From Alphaproteobacteria bacterium (GTDB lineage: Bacteria > Pseudomonadota > Alphaproteobacteria > RF32 > CAG-239), in contig JAZRCM010000002.1 of assembly GCA_045659785.1 (NCBI GenBank), positions 1,954-65,953 of the forward strand: 64,000 nt of DNA, read 5' to 3'. Shown here piece after piece: positions 57,920 to 64,000 of this stretch. How positions within the stretch are numbered: position 1 is the first letter of the stretch; each line of letters starts with the position of its first letter. Both the position numbers and the translations under genes were made by a program. Under the pieces are notes generated by a model that did no database searches, had not been told where the DNA came from, and saw only the letters and a program-made list of their open reading frames with translations.

Positions 57920-58090
57920 TTCGTTCTTCTTTATTTATTTTAGTACTAAACTCTACCAATATTAACTAATTTTTAATATATTGGCAAGCACAAAGCATTA
58001 TTATTGACAAAATATCGCTTTTATTTGCTTATTTTAGGGATTTTTGTTGCTAAATTTGTTGTTGCTGTCTATATTTTTCACAGGAGATTG

Positions 58091-60901
58091 ATGATGGAAT
58101 ATATAGATATAAAAGGCGCAAGAGAACATAATCTTAAAAATATTGATATAAAAATTCCAAAAAACAAACTGACGGTAATAACAGGTATATCCGGCTCAGG
58201 AAAATCGTCTCTGGCCTTTGATACAATCTATGCGGAAGGTCAACGCAGATATGTGGAAAGCCTTTCGGCTTATGCGCGCCAATTTTTAGACCTGATGAAA
58301 AAGCCCGAAGTAGACTCTATTGAGGGATTGTCGCCGGCTATTTCCATTGAGCAAAAAACAACCTCGCACAATCCTCGTTCGACAGTCGGCACAATTACCG
58401 AAATATACGATTATATGCGTCTATTATGGGCAAGAGCCGGAACTCCCTATTCTCCGGCCACCGGTCTCCCGATTGAATCTCAAACTGTTTCTCAAATGAC
58501 CGATGCGATTATAACAATGCCGGAAGGAAGTAAAATTATGCTTTTGGCACCTATAGCTCGAGGTAAAAAAGGAGAATTTAAAAAAGAATTTGAAAACTTA
58601 CAAAGACAAGGATTTCAGCGAATAAAAATTGATGGAGAAGTTTATAGCCTTGATGAAACTCCGGAATTAAATAAAAATCAAAAACATAACATTGAAGTTA
58701 TTGTTGATAGAATTGTAGTTAAAGCCGGGCTTGAAGAACGCCTGTCACAATCAATAGAAACCGCTTTGAAATTAAGCAACGGGTTGTTGTTTGTCGAAAA
58801 CATAAGTGCAGGAGAAATAAAAACTTATTCTTCTAAATTTGCCTGCCCTGTTTCGGGATTTACCATTGAAGAAATTGAGCCAAGATTATTTTCATTTAAC
58901 AATCCATACGGTGCTTGCCCTCATTGTGACGGTATCGGTGCAAGACTTTATATGGATCCGGATTTGATTGTTCCTAATCCTAATTTATCTTTATCAAAAG
59001 GTGCTATTGCCCCTTGGGATGCCGGACGTTCAGCCTTTTACAATCAAACAATTACATCTTTGTGCGATTTTTTAAGAATTGACAGTAAAATGCCATGGAA
59101 AGATATTCCTGAAAAAGCAAAAAATATCATTCTTTACGGTTCGGGAAATGTATGTGTACCGATGTATTATTCTCGTTTTGTAACAGATAAACCTTTTGAA
59201 GGTGTAATTCCTAATATGGAGCGAAGATTTTTAGAAACCGACTCGAACTGGGTAAGAGAAGAATTTGCAAAATATCAATCTTCGGCAACGTGTGATTATT
59301 GCAAAGGTAAACGTCTAAAACCGGAAGCTTCGGCTATTAAAATATGCGGACTTGATATTATGGACGCCTCAGAAATGTCAATTAAACAAGCTTTGGAATG
59401 GTTTTCGAAAGTAGAAGAACAATTATCACCTAAAAAAGCTGAAATTGCCTCTAAAATCTTGAAAGAAATAATTGAACGTCTGCAATTTTTGAATAATGTC
59501 GGACTTGGTTATTTAACACTTTCTCGTCAATCAGGTTCGTTGTCCGGCGGAGAAGCTCAAAGAATACGTTTGGCCTCGCAAATAGGTTCCGGATTAACCG
59601 GCGTTATGTATGTTTTAGATGAACCGTCAATCGGTTTACATCAAAGAGATAATGACCGCTTGTTGTCAACATTAAACAGATTGCGAGATATAGGAAACAC
59701 GGTTATAGTTGTAGAACATGACGAAGATGCAATTAAATCAGCAGATTTTTTGGTTGATATGGGCCCCGGAGCCGGAGAAAACGGCGGTAAAGTTATGGCT
59801 TTGGGTAATGTTGAGGAGGTATTAAAAAATCCTGACAGTATTACGGCACAATATATTACCGGTAAAAAAGAAATATCTGTTCCTATTCGTCGCAGAAGCG
59901 GTAACGGAAAGTTTATTGAAATTACCGGAGCCAAAACAAACAACCTTAAAAACGTTGACTTAAAAATTCCGTTAGGAACATTTACTTGTGTCACCGGCGT
60001 TTCAGGAGGAGGAAAATCTTCTCTCATTTTAGAAACACTTTTTAAGGCTATCAATAAGGAACTTAACGGAAGCCGTGAACATGCAGGAAAATATGACAAG
60101 TTGTCAGGGCTTGAAAATATTGATAAGGTTATAGATATAGACCAATCCCCCATCGGCAGAACCCCTCGTTCTAATCCGGCAACTTATACCGGTGTATTTT
60201 CTTATATCAGGGAATGGTTTGCCGGACTTCCTGAAGCAAAAGCAAGAGGTTATTCGGCAGGAAGATTTTCATTTAATGTGGCTGGGGGAAGATGTGAAGC
60301 CTGTCAAGGCGATGGTGTTACAAAAATAGAAATGCACTTTTTGCCTGATGTTTATGTGGCTTGCGATGTTTGTAAAGGAAAACGTTTTAATAGAGAAACT
60401 TTAGAAGTAAAATATAAAGGAAAATCAATTGCTGATGTTCTTGATATGACCGTTGATGAAGCACACACATTTTTTGAAGCCATACCTTCCATTAAAAATC
60501 GACTGGAACTTTTGCAAAAAGTAGGATTAGGATATATCCATCTCGGACAATCGGCAACCACATTATCAGGCGGTGAAGCACAAAGAATTAAGTTATCTAA
60601 AGAATTATCAAAGAAAGCAACTGGGAAAACTTTATATATTTTAGATGAACCGACAACAGGGCTCCATTTTGATGATATAAACAAGCTGCTAAAAGTGTTA
60701 CAAGCTCTAGTCGAGCAAGGAAATACCGTTGTTGTTATTGAACATAATCTCGATGTTATAAAAGTTGCGGATTATATAGTTGATATGGGACCTGAAGGCG
60801 GAGACGGAGGAGGAAAAATTGTTGTTCAGGGAACTCCGGAAGAAGTTGCAAAATCGAAAAAAAGTTATACGGCAAAATATTTACGTGAAAAATTGAAATA
60901 A
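58091..60901 (+). CDS. uvrA: Excinuclease ABC subunit UvrA.
   Basis: Two ABC modules ([23 protein letters not shown] and [10 protein letters not shown]), Zn-finger [20 protein letters not shown] signatures. SD AGGAG. The ORF track begins 87 nt upstream. Confidence 0.95.
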   Translation: MMEYIDIKGAREHNLKNIDIKIPKNKLTVITGISGSGKSSLAFDTIYAEGQRRYVESLSAYARQFLDLMKKPEVDSIEGLSPAISIEQKTTSHNPRSTVGTITEIYDYMRLLWARAGTPYSPATGLPIESQTVSQMTDAIITMPEGSKIMLLAPIARGKKGEFKKEFENLQRQGFQRIKIDGEVYSLDETPELNKNQKHNIEVIVDRIVVKAGLEERLSQSIETALKLSNGLLFVENISAGEIKTYSSKFACPVSGFTIEEIEPRLFSFNNPYGACPHCDGIGARLYMDPDLIVPNPNLSLSKGAIAPWDAGRSAFYNQTITSLCDFLRIDSKMPWKDIPEKAKNIILYGSGNVCVPMYYSRFVTDKPFEGVIPNMERRFLETDSNWVREEFAKYQSSATCDYCKGKRLKPEASAIKICGLDIMDASEMSIKQALEWFSKVEEQLSPKKAEIASKILKEIIERLQFLNNVGLGYLTLSRQSGSLSGGEAQRIRLASQIGSGLTGVMYVLDEPSIGLHQRDNDRLLSTLNRLRDIGNTVIVVEHDEDAIKSADFLVDMGPGAGENGGKVMALGNVEEVLKNPDSITAQYITGKKEISVPIRRRSGNGKFIEITGAKTNNLKNVDLKIPLGTFTCVTGVSGGGKSSLILETLFKAINKELNGSREHAGKYDKLSGLENIDKVIDIDQSPIGRTPRSNPATYTGVFSYIREWFAGLPEAKARGYSAGRFSFNVAGGRCEACQGDGVTKIEMHFLPDVYVACDVCKGKRFNRETLEVKYKGKSIADVLDMTVDEAHTFFEAIPSIKNRLELLQKVGLGYIHLGQSATTLSGGEAQRIKLSKELSKKATGKTLYILDEPTTGLHFDDINKLLKVLQALVEQGNTVVVIEHNLDVIKVADYIVDMGPEGGDGGGKIVVQGTPEEVAKSKKSYTAKYLREKLK

Positions 60902-60905
60902 AAAA

Positions 60906-60943
60906 TTAAACCGCTTTGATTTGTTCTTCAAAGCGGTTTTTTG
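60906..60943. terminator. Bidirectional terminator between uvrA and the minus-strand operon.
   Basis: AAACCGCTTTGATTTGTTCTTCAAAGCGGTTTTTT. Confidence 0.75.
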
Positions 60944-60958
60944 TTAATATTTGATACG

Positions 60959-61171
60959 CTATCGCATACCTTTTAATTGTTTTAAAATTTTGTTGTATCT
61001 GGCACAGATTGCATCGTAATTTTCTTTTGAAATCAATCCTTCGGCAAAACTGTGGCGGTAATAGTCCATCTTGCTCTCTACAAGTGCGACATCTGAATAG
61101 ATAGTCTTTTCCATAGCTAATAAGGTATAAATTATAAAATAACTTCGCAAGACATATATCATTTTGTCCAA
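60959..61171 (-). CDS. Small hypothetical protein (70 aa), last gene of the minus-strand operon.
   Basis: ORF 28 nt downstream of the 279 aa gene. Confidence 0.35.
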   Translation of the reverse strand: MDKMIYVLRSYFIIYTLLAMEKTIYSDVALVESKMDYYRHSFAEGLISKENYDAICARYNKILKQLKGMR

Positions 61172-61199
61172 TATGTCAACACTGATTTTATATCTTCGT

Positions 61200-62039
61200 T
61201 TACCTATTTTTTTGCTTTGCCTTGCTCAAAACGTCTGCATTAACAACTTTTATACCTTGACTCCTAGGATTCTTCTTGCAATATCCGAGACATAGATTTT
61301 CTTCATCTAAATCAGCCCCTCTAAAACCCAACATATTTGATTCATTACCACTTGCTATTTCAAGGAACTCTTCATGTGTCATATCGGTATTATATACTCT
61401 GGGCATTGAACAATTTCTTGAATTAAAAGGATCAAACAAAAGCATTTTTCCGTTATCTTCAATCATTAAAAAATGATGTTCTTCCAAACCTTTCCACTTT
61501 GCTTTTTCTTCTCCGGTTTCTTTATCTGTAAATGTTTTTCCTTGAAGCAATGCACCCGAACATAAATACGATTTTATTCCGCAAGATTGTAAATATACCT
61601 GTGACAAAATAGCACTTTCCGTACACATTCCCATACCGCTAAACATCATGGTTGATAGTTTTACACCATTTTTGTTTTCTTCATCACGCAAAACGGACAT
61701 TCTTTTACCGCCGTCCGTTTTTACATTAAGCATCGATATTTCATCTTGAATACAGGATATTCTCAAATACAATTCCGAAGTAATTCCTAGCTCTTCAGCT
61801 TCTTTTTTAATGTTTCTATAAGTAGATACACCGCCAAAATGTCTGTTTCGTTTTTTATATTCATACCTCGAAGTAGCTCTTTCAAAAATTTCAGAAAAAG
61901 AAGATATATCTGCAATAATATCACAACCTCCTGCTTGGGAAGGAAATGCTTCTTGATTGTACGGAGATGTTGGGATTTTATCCCCTTCCTTTATATCTGT
62001 TATCAGCTGACAAATGTCACTATTATTTGCTACTTGCAT
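61200..62039 (-). CDS. Hypothetical protein with a transglutaminase/papain-like Cys-His-Asp signature.
   Basis: GMCTESAIL, similar to the G-x-C-x-x-x-A motif of transglutaminase-like proteins. A later EHHFLMIED...D segment. No signal peptide. Confidence 0.4.
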   Translation of the reverse strand: MQVANNSDICQLITDIKEGDKIPTSPYNQEAFPSQAGGCDIIADISSFSEIFERATSRYEYKKRNRHFGGVSTYRNIKKEAEELGITSELYLRISCIQDEISMLNVKTDGGKRMSVLRDEENKNGVKLSTMMFSGMGMCTESAILSQVYLQSCGIKSYLCSGALLQGKTFTDKETGEEKAKWKGLEEHHFLMIEDNGKMLLFDPFNSRNCSMPRVYNTDMTHEEFLEIASGNESNMLGFRGADLDEENLCLGYCKKNPRSQGIKVVNADVLSKAKQKNR

Positions 62040-62047
62040 AACAACAC

Positions 62048-62764
62048 CTATTTGGTTGTTTCTACCTCTTCAAGACTTTTGAAAATGCGTTTTGTCATGT
62101 CCATTTTCTTTTGGTCGCTCATTTTTATAAAATCCTCTTTTGTGATATGAACCATATCTTTGCGAGTTTTACGACCTTTCAATGCCGTATTCATCCATTT
62201 CGGATATGTATGGAATACAAGCAATTTTCTTTCATCCATCATAAAAATAAGCTCATAAGGAGTTTTTTTAGAATTATCAAAAGCCATAGAAACATCGCTT
62301 AATCGCAACATATCCGGAAAACGTTTCATAATATTGGGAAATCTGCGTTCAATATCATCAGTAGCAACATCGTGTCCACCATTTCTCACTCTTTGTTGAA
62401 CACGCAAATATGACAAATGGGCTGATGACAAACCGATAAAAATGGAAGCTATATTAAAGCCCTCTTCTTTAGCCATTTCAATGAGCTTCAAATGTGTTCT
62501 TCCCGAAGCGGTCGTTTCATATATAAAAGTTTGTTTTTTTTCCATTTTTTCACGCAAACGATTGCGAATATTACGCCCTGCTTCAAACATAAAATCGTTT
62601 ACATCTCCGTCTTCTCCTGCCAGCTCTTTAGCTTCATTATCCAAATTTATAAATTCGGCTTTTTTGAAAAACGGATCATCTTTCAAAACTTGGTCATAAA
62701 AAGTAGATTTACCTGCTCCGTTAGGACCGGCAATAACAATCATCCACGGTTTTGCTTTAGCCAT
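62048..62764 (-). CDS. Zeta-toxin/COG4185-like P-loop kinase family protein.
   Basis: MIVIAGPNGAGKSTFY Walker A right at the N-terminus, about 240 aa. Start taken at MAKAK; the ORF track extends to 62779. Confidence 0.55.
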   Translation of the reverse strand: MAKAKPWMIVIAGPNGAGKSTFYDQVLKDDPFFKKAEFINLDNEAKELAGEDGDVNDFMFEAGRNIRNRLREKMEKKQTFIYETTASGRTHLKLIEMAKEEGFNIASIFIGLSSAHLSYLRVQQRVRNGGHDVATDDIERRFPNIMKRFPDMLRLSDVSMAFDNSKKTPYELIFMMDERKLLVFHTYPKWMNTALKGRKTRKDMVHITKEDFIKMSDQKKMDMTKRIFKSLEEVETTK

Positions 62765-62936
62765 TGTAAACCCCCGCAATATGTTCGTTATAGTCTTTAT
62801 CTAAAGTCACAATGTAACGTGTACCATCTTTCTCTTCTCTGATAATACAATCGTTTTCTTCGTAATATTTCGGATAGGTATCTATCTCTATTTTACCTTG
62901 TAATCTTACAAATTTTCTTTTGAAATATTCAAACAT
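62757..62936 (-). CDS. Small 59 aa ORF missing from the supplied track. Its stop overlaps the start of the P-loop kinase gene (candidate antitoxin or adaptor).
   Basis: Translation MFEYFKRKFVRLQGKIEIDTYPKYYEENDCIIREEKDGTRYIVTLDKDYNEHIAGVYNG. SD GGAGAT 6 nt upstream. ATGGCTAA overlap with the downstream start. Confidence 0.45.
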   Translation of the reverse strand: MFEYFKRKFVRLQGKIEIDTYPKYYEENDCIIREEKDGTRYIVTLDKDYNEHIAGVYNG

Positions 62937-63044
62937 TGTTATCTCCTATATTTGACGATAATAATTTATTTTTGACAAAAAAGCAAATAAAAAAAACGGT
63001 TTTGATTACACAACCAAAACCGCTTTGACAATCAGAAGAAAAAA

Positions 63045-64000
63045 CTAGTATTCTTCACTTTGAATTGCAGGCTCCATAACTGTTTCTGCATTATCATTTT
63101 CATCAGCCACGCTTTCTCCCAAAACTTCCGAACCGGTTTCGTTTTCCAATTCTTCTTCGTCTTTTGAGTCTGCATCTAACCAAGTAACAGAAACAACCTG
63201 TTCATCTTCGGCCGTACGGAATAAAATTACACCTTGAGTTTTACGTCCGGCAATTCTTATGTCTTCTACCGGCATACGAATAAGTTTTCCGCCATCGGTA
63301 ACCATCATAATCTGGTTATTATCCTCAATCGGGAAAGAACTTACCACTTCTTTATTTCTCGGTGACATTTCCATATTAGCAATACCGGAACCGCCACGAC
63401 CGGTTACACGATATTCATAAGAAGATGAACGTTTACCATATCCGGTACAAGTAACAGTTAAGATAAACTGTTCATTTGCTTGCATTTCTTCAAATTGTTC
63501 TGCAGTCAAAATATTGAGTAATCCGGTATCCGTAGCTTTAACCGTTACGGTATTGCCGTTTTCAGCTTCCATACGTTTGATTGCGGAAGAAATGCGAGAA
63601 TATTCATCACGTTGTTCTGCCGTTGCATCACTGTGTTTCAATACTGACATTGAAATAACTTCATCTTTATCCGCAAGTTTAATACCGCGAACACCAACAG
63701 AATTACGTCCGACAAACACACGGACATCAGTAACAGGGAAACGAATACATTTACCGCCGCGAGTTGCCAACATAATGTCATCGTTTTCATCACAAATACG
63801 AACATTTATGAGCTTGTCGTCTTCGTCAAGTTTCATTGCAATCTTACCGTTTGATTGAACATTTACAAAATCCATAAGACTGTTACGACGTATCATACCG
63901 CTCTTAGTTGAAAATACGATAGACATATCTTTGCAATCTGCTTCATTTTCAGGCAAACGCATAATTGTTGTAATATTTTCGCCCTCATCTAACGGCAACA
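63045..64000 (-). CDS. gyrA: DNA gyrase subunit A, C-terminal part. The gene continues beyond the window.
   Basis: Repetitive beta-pinwheel-like blades (…TRGGKCIRF…, …TDGGKLIRM…) and an acidic C-terminal tail. The frame is open to the window edge. ParC cannot be fully excluded. Confidence 0.6.
   Translation of the reverse strand, partial: LPLDEGENITTIMRLPENEADCKDMSIVFSTKSGMIRRNSLMDFVNVQSNGKIAMKLDEDDKLINVRICDENDDIMLATRGGKCIRFPVTDVRVFVGRNSVGVRGIKLADKDEVISMSVLKHSDATAEQRDEYSRISSAIKRMEAENGNTVTVKATDTGLLNILTAEQFEEMQANEQFILTVTCTGYGKRSSSYEYRVTGRGGSGIANMEMSPRNKEVVSSFPIEDNNQIMMVTDGGKLIRMPVEDIRIAGRKTQGVILFRTAEDEQVVSVTWLDADSKDEEELENETGSEVLGESVADENDNAETVMEPAIQSEEY

Noticed and set aside
59641-60153. 170 aa minus-strand ORF inside uvrA.
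   Set aside because: Antisense to a strongly supported housekeeping CDS.
1-64000. CRISPR arrays, rRNA genes, transposase/IS elements and integrase genes.
   Set aside because: No evenly spaced short direct repeats, no rRNA-like conserved blocks, and no ORF with DDE, tyrosine-recombinase or serine-recombinase motifs was seen in any frame.

Overview
This window is an AT-rich stretch (roughly one-third GC by eye) of a bacterial chromosome. The gene order and protein motifs look alphaproteobacterial, plausibly an intracellular, Rickettsiales- or Holosporales-like lineage; that lineage is my inference only. The backbone is ordinary housekeeping DNA. I recognise greA, trxB, an NfeD plus SPFH/stomatin pair, map, radC, tspO, alaS, pgm, a CckA-like hybrid histidine kinase, hdaA, recA, a Nudix hydrolase, fabZ-lpxD-bamA-rseP-cdsA-uppS-frr-pyrH, plsY-dprA-topA, two tandem MlaD-like genes, ssb, uvrA and the 3' end of gyrA. 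There are three tRNAs (Arg-TCT, Pro-TGG, Ser-GCT) and many hairpin-plus-T-run terminators. I saw no CRISPR array, no rRNA and no recognisable transposase or integrase. Several accessory patches sit between the core genes and are the most interesting part of the window.
- At 1-3777 there is a translationally coupled three-gene operon: a MoxR-like AAA+ ATPase whose frame is open to the window edge, a small 127 aa protein, and a DUF2201-type HExxH metallopeptidase/vWA protein carrying a roughly 200 aa acidic insert.
- Downstream of tRNA-Ser, and directly after fabZ where lpxA would be expected, sits an island-like block: an RNase H gene, then two diverged secreted HExxH paralogues flanking an ORF with foreign GC content.
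- At 60959-62936, next to gyrA, there is a four-gene operon on the minus strand. It comprises a 59 aa ORF missing from the ORF track that overlaps the start of a zeta-toxin-like P-loop kinase, then a Cys/His/Asp transglutaminase-like protein, then a 70 aa ORF.
- A (GCTAT)9 pentanucleotide repeat containing in-frame ATGs lies immediately upstream of a polysaccharide pyruvyl transferase gene. It is a phase-variation candidate.
- ybaK is frameshifted in an A7 homopolymer.
- tRNA-Pro is followed by degenerate direct and inverted copies of its own 3' end.
- A GH24 lysozyme-like lipoprotein gene lies next to tRNA-Arg.
- Three plus-strand ORFs (13336, 29107, 37542) have clearly higher GC and a different codon style from their surroundings.
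All functional calls rest on motif-level reading of the translations. No database search was possible.
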